60,942 bases of DNA, taken from positions 1 through 60,942 of the forward strand of contig JBOGKW010000002.1 of NCBI GenBank assembly GCA_050746205.1. Direction: 5' to 3'. Shown here piece by piece: positions 53,011 to 60,942 of this stretch. The translations under genes and the position numbers were made by a program. Under the pieces are notes generated by a model. That model worked only from the letters and a program-made list of their open reading frames with translations. It ran no database searches and had not been told where the DNA came from. Within the stretch, counting starts at the first letter, position 1; each line of letters begins with the position of its first letter. The DNA is from Terriglobales bacterium. Lineage in GTDB: Bacteria; Acidobacteriota; Terriglobia; Terriglobales; SCQP01.

Positions 53011-55470
53011 TTACTGCGCGGCGACGGGTTCGGCGCGGGCCAGCTCGGCCTCCGCCGGCCGCTGGTAATCGCAGCCGTCCTTGGGGCATGCCAGCACGGG
53101 CCCGGCCTTTAGGGCCTTATAGACCAGGTAGGGGTTGCCGCACTGCGGGCAGGCTTCCGGGATGGGCTTTTGCCAGATGCTGAATTTGCATTCCGGGTAA
53201 CGGCTGCAGCTATAGAAGACCTTGCCCCGGCGCGAACGCTTTTCCGCCAAGTCGCCGACCTTGCATTCCGGGCATTTGACCCCGACCAGGTTCTGCTTGA
53301 TGTATTTGCAGTCGGGATAGCCGCTACAGGCGGTGAACTCGCCGTAGCGGCCGGTCTTCATCACCAGATTCTTGCCGCATTGGGGGCAGGGTTCCTCCAG
53401 CGACACGTCAGGCTTCTTCTGCGCGCCATCCAGGCGGCGGGTAGTTTTGCAGTCGGGATAGCCGGTGCAGGCCATGAACTGGCCGAAGCGGCCGCGCTTG
53501 AGAGCCATGGGGCGGCCGCAGTTTTCGCAGTACTCCTCGTTGCCCTCGGTGGAGATTTCCGCATTCTCCAGGTCCGGCAGGTCCACGGCCAATTCGCGCG
53601 TGTTGGTGCAGTCGGGATAGCCGCTGCAGGCCAAAAAGGAGCCGTGCTTGCCCCAGCGCACCACCATCGGCTTGCCGCATTTGTCACAGCTCAACTCGGT
53701 GGGCCGCTCCATGCGCTTGATGTTGGCCATGTGTTTTTCGGCGTAGGAGAGGTTGCGGGAGAATTTCTTGTAGAAGTCCCGCATGGCGTCGGTCCACTTC
53801 TCCCGGCCCTCGCCGATCTCGTCCAGCTCCTCCTCCAGCCGGGCGGTGTATTGCAGATCGAAGATGTCCTGAAAGTTTTCGATCAGCAGGTCGTTGACCA
53901 CCATGCCCAGCTCGGAGGGCACGAACTTGCCGCCGGTCTTGGTGACATAACCGCGGTCCTGGATGGTGCTGAGGATGGCGGCGTAGGTGGAGGGGCGGCC
54001 GATGCCCTTCTCCTCCAATTCCTTGACCAGGGAGGCCTCTGTATAGCGCGGCGGCGGCTCGGTGAAGTGCTGCTCCGGCTTGAGCGACAGCAGCTTCAGC
54101 GTCTGGCCGGCCGCCAGCTTGGGCAGCTTATGCTTGAGTTCCTCGTCCTCGGCCTCGGGCTTGTCCTTGCTCTCCTCATAGATCCTGAGGAAACCGTCGA
54201 ATTTGAGCACCGAGCCGCTGGCGCGGAGCTGGTATTGGCGGCCGTCCTGAGCCTGGGCGCGCACTTCGACGCCGGTCTGGTCGAATAGCGCCGGAGTCAT
54301 TTGCGACGCCATGAAGCGCTGCCAGATCAGCTTGTAGATTTTGAATTCGTCCTCGCCCAAATAGCGGCGGATGGATTCCGGATCGCGGGCGGGCGAGGTG
54401 GGGCGAATGGCCTCGTGCGCGTCCTGCGCCCCTTTCTTGCTGGGAAAGGCGTTGGGCTGGGCGGGCAGGTAGCCGGCGCCGAACTGGGTTTGGATATACT
54501 CGCGCCCCTCGCGCACCGCATCGGCGGAGACGCGGGTGGAGTCGGTGCGCATATAGGTGATCAGGCCAACCAGGCCCTCGCCGCCCAGCTCGACGCCCTC
54601 GTAGAGCCGCTGCGCCAGGCCCATGGTCCGTTTGACGCTAAACCGCAGCTTGCGGCCGGCGTCCTGCTGCAGCTTGCTGGTAATGAACGGCGCCAGGGGG
54701 TTGCGGCGCCGCTCCTTGGTCTCGACCGCATGCACCCGAAAACTGGCGCTCTCCAGCGCCGCGCGCAGCGACTCGGCCTGCTCGCCGTTGGCGATGGCCA
54801 ACTCTTCCTTGGGGACGGTCCCGTCGGCGGCCAGTTGGCGGCTGAGGCGGGCGTCGAAATACGGCGCTTTGCCGGTCGAGAGGTGAGCGTCGACGGTCCA
54901 GTACTCTTGCTTTTGGAAGGCGCGGACCTCCCGCTCGCGCTCGACCACCAAACGCAAGGCCACGGTCTGCACGCGGCCGGCGGAGATGCCGCGGCGCACG
55001 CGGTCCCATAGCAGGGGAGAGATCTGATAGCCGACCAATCGGTCCAGCACGCGCCGGGCCTGCTGAGCGTCCACCAGGTTCTGGTCAATGTCGGTGGGCC
55101 GGGCGAAGCCCTCCTGGACGCCGCGTTTGGTGATCTCGTTGAAGGTGACGCGGTGAATGGGCTTGCCGCCGCCCTTGAACTCCTCGGCGAGATGGTAGCA
55201 AATGGCCTCGCCTTCTCGGTCGGGATCGGCTGCCAGGTAAATGGCCTTGGCGCGCTGGGCAGATTTCTTCAGTTGCGCCAGCACCTTTTCCTTGCCGGGG
55301 ATGACGGTGTAGGTGGGCTCGAAGTTGTTGTCCAGGTCCACGCCCAGATCGCGCTTGGGCAGATCTTTCACGTGCCCCAGCGAGGCAAGAACTTCGTAGT
55401 CGGGCCCCAAGTACTTGGTAATGGTCTTCGCCTTGGCGGGCGATTCGACGATGACGATGGATTTGGGCAT
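53011..55470 (-). CDS. topA: DNA topoisomerase I with five C-terminal zinc-ribbon modules
   Basis: TOPRIM start MPKSIVIVESPAKAKTI, the active-site region ITYMRTDS, and repeated C..C...GYPDC modules. Confidence 0.95.
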   Translation of the reverse strand: MPKSIVIVESPAKAKTITKYLGPDYEVLASLGHVKDLPKRDLGVDLDNNFEPTYTVIPGKEKVLAQLKKSAQRAKAIYLAADPDREGEAICYHLAEEFKGGGKPIHRVTFNEITKRGVQEGFARPTDIDQNLVDAQQARRVLDRLVGYQISPLLWDRVRRGISAGRVQTVALRLVVEREREVRAFQKQEYWTVDAHLSTGKAPYFDARLSRQLAADGTVPKEELAIANGEQAESLRAALESASFRVHAVETKERRRNPLAPFITSKLQQDAGRKLRFSVKRTMGLAQRLYEGVELGGEGLVGLITYMRTDSTRVSADAVREGREYIQTQFGAGYLPAQPNAFPSKKGAQDAHEAIRPTSPARDPESIRRYLGEDEFKIYKLIWQRFMASQMTPALFDQTGVEVRAQAQDGRQYQLRASGSVLKFDGFLRIYEESKDKPEAEDEELKHKLPKLAAGQTLKLLSLKPEQHFTEPPPRYTEASLVKELEEKGIGRPSTYAAILSTIQDRGYVTKTGGKFVPSELGMVVNDLLIENFQDIFDLQYTARLEEELDEIGEGREKWTDAMRDFYKKFSRNLSYAEKHMANIKRMERPTELSCDKCGKPMVVRWGKHGSFLACSGYPDCTNTRELAVDLPDLENAEISTEGNEEYCENCGRPMALKRGRFGQFMACTGYPDCKTTRRLDGAQKKPDVSLEEPCPQCGKNLVMKTGRYGEFTACSGYPDCKYIKQNLVGVKCPECKVGDLAEKRSRRGKVFYSCSRYPECKFSIWQKPIPEACPQCGNPYLVYKALKAGPVLACPKDGCDYQRPAEAELARAEPVAAQ

Positions 55471-55591
55471 GCTGATAGCTGATTCTCACCCCGTGTGGCG
55501 CGAGACGCCGAGGTGGCGCCCGGCCTAGCCCCCGAACCGCAGACTACCACGAACGCGGGAAACGGCGCGGCGACGTGCTCGAAGGGCCGGC

Positions 55592-56764
55592 TTAGGCCAC
55601 TCGCGTGTAGTTTTTGCCCGGATATTGCCGAACCTTGCCCGCCAACTCCAATTCCAACAAGGCCGCAAGGAGCTCCGGCGTGGTCATCTTGCCTTCCAAA
55701 ACTCCGCCCAATTCATCCACTTGGCGGGTTTCGCCCACCTGGAGAGCGGCCAGCACCTGACGGTGCGCCGCCGGCGCCCGCTCGTTGGATGCATCGGCCA
55801 GCGACTGGGTCGCGGGCGGCGGGGTCAGTCGGGCGCGGACATCGGAGCCGAGTTCATCCACGATATCGGTGACCTCGGTGACCAGCTTGGCGCCTTGCTT
55901 GATGAGATCATTGGGCAGCCAAGCCTGCGGGCTGGTGGCCAGCCCTGGAACGGCGAAGACGTCGCGGTTTTGGTTGAGGGCCTGGCGGGCGGTGATGCGG
56001 CTGCCGCTGTATTCGCCACCCTCGACCACCACCACCCCCAGGCCCAGGCCGCTGATCACGCGATTCCGGATCGGAAAGTTCTGCGCCGCAGGATAGGTGC
56101 CGAGGGGGAATTCCGAGATCAAGGCGCCGCCGTTGGCGAGCAGCTTCTCGGCGAGCTTTTGATGGTCGCGGGGATAAATGATGTCCGCGCCAGTACCCAG
56201 CACGCCCACGCTGACGCCGCCGGCTTCCGCGCAAGCCTTTTGCGCGGTGCTGTCAATGCCGCGCGCCAACCCGCTAATGACGGACAAGCCCCAATTGGCC
56301 AAGCCCTGGCCAATGCGCTCGGCCATCAAACGGCCGTAGGTGGTGGGATGGCGGGTGCCGACCACCGCTAAGCCTTCCTTTTCCAGCGCCGCGGCAGCGC
56401 CGCGCAAATAAAGCAGAATGGGCGGCGTATAGACCTCGCGCAAGCGGCGGGGGTAACGCGGATCGTGCATCGTCACAATCTCGATGCCCTGATCCCGGGC
56501 TTGCTGTAACTCGGCGAAACCGGCCTCCAGCGCCTGGCCGTGGAAGATGAACTGCGCGGCGACGGCGGCGATTTGGCAGCCCTCCAGACTGGTCAGGGAG
56601 GCATGGTGCACCGCCAGCGCGGTTTTGTACTGGCCGAGCAGGTTCAGTTGACCGCGCACCCCCAACTCCGGCGTGCGCAGCAGGCCCAACCAAGCGGCAA
56701 GATGCTCGGCGTCGTCGGGGATGGGGCGTGGCGCCGACTCTGGCGCAGGGCTAGGCGAGCTCAT
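55592..56764 (-). CDS. dprA: DNA-processing protein DprA (Smf)
   Basis: Rossmann-like core with SGLARGIDSTAQ. C-terminal winged-helix-like tail. The dprA-topA order is conserved. ATG 56764 (TTG 56773 also possible). Confidence 0.85.
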   Translation of the reverse strand: MSSPSPAPESAPRPIPDDAEHLAAWLGLLRTPELGVRGQLNLLGQYKTALAVHHASLTSLEGCQIAAVAAQFIFHGQALEAGFAELQQARDQGIEIVTMHDPRYPRRLREVYTPPILLYLRGAAAALEKEGLAVVGTRHPTTYGRLMAERIGQGLANWGLSVISGLARGIDSTAQKACAEAGGVSVGVLGTGADIIYPRDHQKLAEKLLANGGALISEFPLGTYPAAQNFPIRNRVISGLGLGVVVVEGGEYSGSRITARQALNQNRDVFAVPGLATSPQAWLPNDLIKQGAKLVTEVTDIVDELGSDVRARLTPPPATQSLADASNERAPAAHRQVLAALQVGETRQVDELGGVLEGKMTTPELLAALLELELAGKVRQYPGKNYTRVA

Positions 56765-57060
56765 AGGCGGCAATGCAGGAACCGTCGGCCAGCGTAGGCG
56801 GCGCGGCGAGCGGCGTCAATTCCCCAGTTTGGGTGGATCAGCCGGACATGGCCGCTGATGGCCGCTGAAACTCGCCCGATTCCGCGCGGCGGGGCAACCC
56901 TCCTGCCGGCCCCACGGCCCTGTCGGGCAAATGTCCGTTCGGACAGGCTCGCGAAAATCGCTCTCTGTCCCCGCAACCGACACTCCAGGCGGCTGGACAT
57001 TCTTGCGTTTGGCCAGCTGGAGCGCTCGCCGTTGTGGCCCCACGTTTCGGCAATCGATGC

Positions 57061-57354
57061 TTACGGCTGGAGCCAACTGGTGGAGGTGGCGGGGGTATCT
57101 TGGCAGCCGATGGTACCGGCGCGGCCGGTGGCGATCTGGGCACAGGCCAGGTCATGGGCGGCGGTCAGGGCCAACTGGCGGGTTTGGCCGCTGCCCACTT
57201 GGCAGGAGGAGGCGCCGTGATAGGTGACGCAGACGCGCACGCGGTAGCGGTGGGTGAAAAAGCTGGAATAGACGATATAGACGAGCGCGATGGCAATTAG
57301 GCTGGTGATCACCAGGCGCACGGCCATGGGCGACCCTGCTTTGGCGGCGGCCAT
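57061..57354 (-). CDS. Small hypothetical membrane-anchored protein with four Cys (97 aa)
   Basis: TM helix VRLVITSLIAIALVYIVYSSFF. Its ATG overlaps the TAA of the upstream DinB-like gene (TAATG), suggesting translational coupling. Confidence 0.45.
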   Translation of the reverse strand: MAAAKAGSPMAVRLVITSLIAIALVYIVYSSFFTHRYRVRVCVTYHGASSCQVGSGQTRQLALTAAHDLACAQIATGRAGTIGCQDTPATSTSWLQP

Positions 57355-57899
57355 TACCAGCCCTGGCGTTGGCGGAGCCCGAGGATATGGCCGGTGTGGT
57401 GCCGGCCGTGCCAGGCGTAGAGGGCTAGGTTCTCATCGAGCGTCATCCGCCCGCGCTCAGGATGGCGGAAGGCGCGCTGGAACTGCTGGGGCTCCAGCGC
57501 GCGCAGCAGCCACGCCCAGCGACGGTGCAGGCCATCGAGCAAAACCAGCGAGATCTGGGCCGGTGCGGACCGCGCATCGGCCAGCTCCGCCCAGGCGGAT
57601 TCCTTGTAGGCGAAGATCGCCGGCTCATCTTCGGTCAGCGCCAGGCGAAAGCGGGCGTGGGCCATGGAGTGGCTGTCGAAAAGATGGTGAACGACCTGCT
57701 GCGCCGTCCAACCGCCGTCGCGGTAAGGCGTATTGAGTTGGGCTGCGCTTAGGCCGCTGAGGGCGGGGCGCAACTGCTCGGGCAGGCGCTCGATTTGGCC
57801 AATGGCGGCTTCGCGTTCGGCGGGACCGAAGGCGGCGGGTGGCTGAAAGCGGCCGATGGGATAGCGTTTAGGGTCAACGGCGGGTTCAGTCGAGGTCAT
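57354..57899 (-). CDS. DinB/YfiT-family metal-dependent protein (putative thiol transferase/hydrolase)
   Basis: YPIGRF..., HHLFDSHSMAH and YAWHGRHHTGHI His motifs typical of the YfiT/DinB_2 family. ATG 57899. Confidence 0.7.
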   Translation of the reverse strand: MTSTEPAVDPKRYPIGRFQPPAAFGPAEREAAIGQIERLPEQLRPALSGLSAAQLNTPYRDGGWTAQQVVHHLFDSHSMAHARFRLALTEDEPAIFAYKESAWAELADARSAPAQISLVLLDGLHRRWAWLLRALEPQQFQRAFRHPERGRMTLDENLALYAWHGRHHTGHILGLRQRQGW

Positions 57900-57963
57900 G
57901 CCTTTAGCATAGCGGCAGCGGAGCCGCGCCGGGCCGCGCACCACCGGTGGGGTAAGGGGTAAG

Positions 57964-59328
57964 ATGGCGGCACGCATGGCGGACCAGATCGTCATCATCG
58001 GCGGGGTGGCGGCGGGGATGAGCGCCGCCAGCCGGGCGCGGCGGATCGCCCCCGAGGCGCGCATCGTGGTGCTGGAGCGGGGCCCCGCCGCCGCCTATGG
58101 CGCTTGTGGATTACCGGCGTTCTTGGCCGGACAAGTGGCCACGCTGGAGGCGCTGCGCGCGCATCCGGAGGACTATTTTCGCCAACATCGGCGGCTCGAG
58201 GTGCGGATCGGATGCGAGGCCGTCGAGATCCAGCCGGCGCGGCGGCGGGTGCGGCTGCGGGACGACGAGGGGCGGGAAGAATGGATCGCCTTTGACCGGC
58301 TGGTGATCGCCACCGGCGCCACGGCGCCGGGCCTGCGCGGGGGCGACCATCCGCTGCTGTTCCGAGCCAACACCTGGGCGCAGGCAGCGCGGCTGGCGGC
58401 GCACCTGCAAGCCGGCGGGGCTAGCCGGGCGGCGGTGATCGGCGGCGGTTATATCGGCCTGGAGGTCGCCGAGGCTTTAGCGTACCGGGGCCTGGCCGTG
58501 CAAATCCTACAGGCTGGGCCGACGGTGTTGCCTAGCTTCGACACCGACATGGCGGAATTGGTGGCCCAGGCGGCGCGGCGCGCCTGCCCCGGCCACGGGC
58601 CCGTGGAGTTGGCGGTGATGACGCGAGTCGAGAAGGTCCTTTTCCCGGCCCGCGGTATCGGGCTGGCTACCCACGGCGGGGAGATCCAGGCCGATTTCGC
58701 CGTGGATGCGACCGGGTTGGTCCCCAACGTCACGCTAGCCGCTGCGGCCGGCATCGCGCAGGGGCCGACCGGCGCCATCGCCGTGGATGAACGGCAACAA
58801 ACGAGCCTGCCCGGCGTCTTTGCCGCCGGCGACTGCGCCGAGAGCCGGCAGATCATCACCGGCGCGCCGGCGTGGATACCACTTGGGGCGGTAGCCAACC
58901 AGCAGGGGCGGGTGGCGGGGCAAAACGCCGCGGGCGGCCCAGTGGCGCGCTACCCCGGGGTGCTGGGATCGCTGGTGTTGCGCGCGTTTGGGCGGGAAGC
59001 GGGGAGGACGGGGCTAGGGCTAGCGCAGGCGGCGCGGGCTGGCTTCGAGGCCGCGGCGGAGCGCATCGAGGCCAATACCCTCGCCGGCTACCGCGGCGAA
59101 CAGCGGATCGCGCTGAAATGGATCTACGACCGGCGCAGCGGACGTGGGCTGGGCGCGCAGATGGTGGGGCCGCCGGGGACGGTTCTGGCGCGGCTGCACA
59201 CGGCGGCCGCGGCGCTTACCGCCGGCCTGAAGCTGGACCAGATCGAGAGCCTCGACCTGGCTTATGCCCCCGATGTGGCCCCGCTTTATGACCCGCTGCA
59301 AATCGCCGCCCATCGCGCCCGGCGTTAG
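57964..59328 (+). CDS. FAD-dependent pyridine nucleotide-disulfide oxidoreductase, CoA-disulfide reductase/NADH oxidase-like
   Basis: IVIIGGVAAG FAD motif, a single candidate redox Cys in YGACGLP, a second dinucleotide fold VIGGGYIGLE, and GDCA. The start is ATG 57964 or 57976. Confidence 0.8.
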   Translation: MAARMADQIVIIGGVAAGMSAASRARRIAPEARIVVLERGPAAAYGACGLPAFLAGQVATLEALRAHPEDYFRQHRRLEVRIGCEAVEIQPARRRVRLRDDEGREEWIAFDRLVIATGATAPGLRGGDHPLLFRANTWAQAARLAAHLQAGGASRAAVIGGGYIGLEVAEALAYRGLAVQILQAGPTVLPSFDTDMAELVAQAARRACPGHGPVELAVMTRVEKVLFPARGIGLATHGGEIQADFAVDATGLVPNVTLAAAAGIAQGPTGAIAVDERQQTSLPGVFAAGDCAESRQIITGAPAWIPLGAVANQQGRVAGQNAAGGPVARYPGVLGSLVLRAFGREAGRTGLGLAQAARAGFEAAAERIEANTLAGYRGEQRIALKWIYDRRSGRGLGAQMVGPPGTVLARLHTAAAALTAGLKLDQIESLDLAYAPDVAPLYDPLQIAAHRARR

Positions 59329-60418
59329 GCCCGCGGCGTCTCCCATCGGCCGGGGACGAGCGGGGATGCGGCCCGAGACCGCCATTCCGGCGCGGCGGCT
59401 CAGCCGCTCGATTCTGGACGGCCCCGCCGCTCCGCCCCAAGGCGCGCCGCTCCCCCCCAGTGCGTCCCGTGGCGCGCTGGGGACCCCGGCGCTGCGGCTT
59501 GGGGGCCCCAGAGTTGGCGGGGCCTGCGGCTCGGCTTCGACGGTCGCCAGCGGGCGTCCGCTGGCGCTCAGGGCGCCTCCAGGTTGCCGCGACGGGCCGG
59601 CGAGACGCGTGCCTTGCCCGGCCGCCGCTGGCGGGCGGGCGAAGGGCCTGCCCCGGGCGGCCGGGGCTCAAGGCCCGCCGCAACGATTGCAGCTCGGGAG
59701 GGGTGAGGAGGCGGATTTGGCCCGGCTTCAGGCCGGCCGCCACTAAGGGCCCAATGGCCACGCGCCGCAGCTTCTCCACGCGGTGGCCGATCACCTGCAT
59801 CATGCGGCGGATTTGGTTGGGGCGGCCCTCGGTTAGCACGACCTCCAGCCACGGATTTGGGTCGCCGGGCGGGCCCGGCCGCCAGCGCACCTGGGCCGGC
59901 GCGCTGCGTACGGCAGGAGCGGAGCGCAACGCGGGCAGGTACAGGCCGCGGCGCATTTTGGTGAGTTGCTCTTCGCTGGGCCGACCGCTGACCTTGACCC
60001 AATAGGTCTTGGGCAAAGCGGAGCTCGCGCGCAAGACGCGGTAGGCCAGATCGCCGTCATTGGTGATCAACAGCAGGCCCTCGGAAGCGAAATCCAGTCG
60101 GCCGACCGGAAAGACCCGTTCGCCGCTGGACCCGCGGCGGCGGGGCAGAAACTCGGCCACGGTCGGCCGGCGTTCGGGGTCGCTGAGGGTCGAGACCACA
60201 CCCCTCGGCTTATAAAGAAGATAGTGGCGGAGCGGGGCGGGGGACGGCAGCGGCTGGCCGTTCACCACGATGCGATCCCGCCGGGGATCGGCTTGGTCAC
60301 CGAGCGTGGTCAGAACCTTGCCGTTGACCTGCACCCGGCCGGCGGTGATCAGCTCCTCCGCCTTGCGGCGCGACGCGATGCCGGCCCGCGCCAAAATCTT
60401 TTGCAAACGCTCTTCCAT
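59216..60418 (-). CDS. rluB: Pseudouridine synthase (RluB/RsuA family) with an S4 domain; 3' end uncertain because the ORF reads through repeat copy D
   Basis: S4 motif RLQKILARAGIASRRKAEELI, catalytic PVGRLDFASEGLL, and NQIRRM. The core ends near 59700. The remaining roughly 160 codons are Arg-rich, and the last 113 nt overlap the convergent oxidoreductase. Confidence 0.8.
   Translation of the reverse strand: MEERLQKILARAGIASRRKAEELITAGRVQVNGKVLTTLGDQADPRRDRIVVNGQPLPSPAPLRHYLLYKPRGVVSTLSDPERRPTVAEFLPRRRGSSGERVFPVGRLDFASEGLLLITNDGDLAYRVLRASSALPKTYWVKVSGRPSEEQLTKMRRGLYLPALRSAPAVRSAPAQVRWRPGPPGDPNPWLEVVLTEGRPNQIRRMMQVIGHRVEKLRRVAIGPLVAAGLKPGQIRLLTPPELQSLRRALSPGRPGQALRPPASGGRARHASRRPVAATWRRPERQRTPAGDRRSRAAGPANSGAPKPQRRGPQRATGRTGGERRALGRSGGAVQNRAAEPPRRNGGLGPHPRSSPADGRRRGPNAGRDGRRFAAGHKAGPHRGHKPGRGSRSGPASGRR
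59380..59613 (+). repeat. Copy D of the mosaic repeat (long form with an 87-nt module nested inside the stem of the short form)
   Basis: CGCCATTCCGGCGCGGCGGCTCAGCCGCTCGATTCTGGAC, then GGCCCCGCC (59420-59428), an 87-nt insert, GGCGGGGCC (59516-59524), then ...GGCGCTCAGGGCGCCTCCAGGTTGCCGCG...GACGCGTGCC. Confidence 0.85.
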
Positions 60419-60444
60419 GATCACGGCGACCGGCGGCGGCGCCG

Positions 60445-60942
60445 TTATTCGGGCTCCGCCGGGGGCGCGGCGGCGGGATTGGGCTCGGCGTCGGCCGCAT
60501 CTTCCTCCGGCACCACCGCGATGCCCTCCAGTCCGGCTTTGGCCATCTCCTCGAACTCTTGCAGCGTCGGCAGCTCATGGAGGCCGCCGAGACCGAAGCG
60601 CAAGAGGAACTCTGGGGTGGTCTTATACAGGATGGGCTTGCCAATGACTTCCTTGCGGCCGGAGGTGGTGATCAGCTTGCGCTCCAGCAGGGTATTCAGC
60701 ACGCCGGCGGGATCCACGCCGCGAATATCCTTGATCTCCGGGGCGGTAACCGGCTGGCGGTAGGCGACCACCGCCAGCGTCTCCAGCGCCGCCAACGATA
60801 GGCGGATGGGGGGCTGGAGGGACTGGATGAAGCGGCGCAGGACCTCATGGTGCTGCGGTTTGGTTGCCATGCGGTAGCCGCCGGCCACGCTGCGGATCTC
60901 AATGCCGCGACCATCGCCCGCATAGTGGGCAAGCAGGCGCGC
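60445..60942 (-). CDS. scpB: Segregation and condensation protein B; 5' end outside the window
   Basis: The frame stays open to the window edge: ...GIEIRSVAGGYRMATKP... then LSLAALETLAVVAYRQPVTAPEIKDIRGV (second winged helix), with an acidic C-terminal tail. Confidence 0.8.
   Translation of the reverse strand, partial: ARLLAHYAGDGRGIEIRSVAGGYRMATKPQHHEVLRRFIQSLQPPIRLSLAALETLAVVAYRQPVTAPEIKDIRGVDPAGVLNTLLERKLITTSGRKEVIGKPILYKTTPEFLLRFGLGGLHELPTLQEFEEMAKAGLEGIAVVPEEDAADAEPNPAAAPPAEPE

Overview
High-GC (roughly two-thirds G+C by eye) bacterial chromosome, densely packed with housekeeping genes. The gene content looks Gram-negative: BamA/Skp, a PEP-CTERM protein, and a TonB-dependent receptor with a carboxypeptidase-regulatory N-domain. 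This fits an Acidobacteriota-like soil lineage, but that is inference only. Recognisable blocks, in order: comM-carD; bamA-skp-TPR (minus strand); guaB; a TPR-GAF-degenerate-GGDEF protein lying divergent to a response regulator/histidine kinase/treS/recX run; a small acyl-CoA/SDR cluster; tig-clpP-clpX-lon; the 5' half of the dcw cluster (mraZ-rsmH-ftsL-ftsI-murE-murF-mraY-murD-ftsW) on the minus strand; thrS; yihY; class II RNR nrdJ; an aldo/keto reductase; inositol-3-phosphate synthase; a cobalamin-riboswitch-controlled TonB-dependent receptor; a radical SAM protein; dprA-topA; a DinB/YfiT gene with a small Cys-containing membrane protein, divergent to a CoADR/Nox-like flavoprotein; rluB; scpB. 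I saw no rRNA, tRNA, CRISPR array, transposase, integrase or recognisable defence genes, so I cannot point to a convincing novel multi-gene system. Four things are not explained by the gene list. (1) A mosaic, nested-hairpin repeat family sits in at least four intergenic regions, and one copy appears to extend the rluB reading frame into the convergent neighbour. (2) There is a clear cobalamin riboswitch. (3) There is a textbook-like MraZ operator. (4) The dcw cluster stops abruptly at ftsW, next to a hairpin-rich 470-bp non-coding stretch. Many long ORFs in the track are antisense or high-GC artefacts and are rejected. All product calls rest on motif recognition by eye, with no database search.
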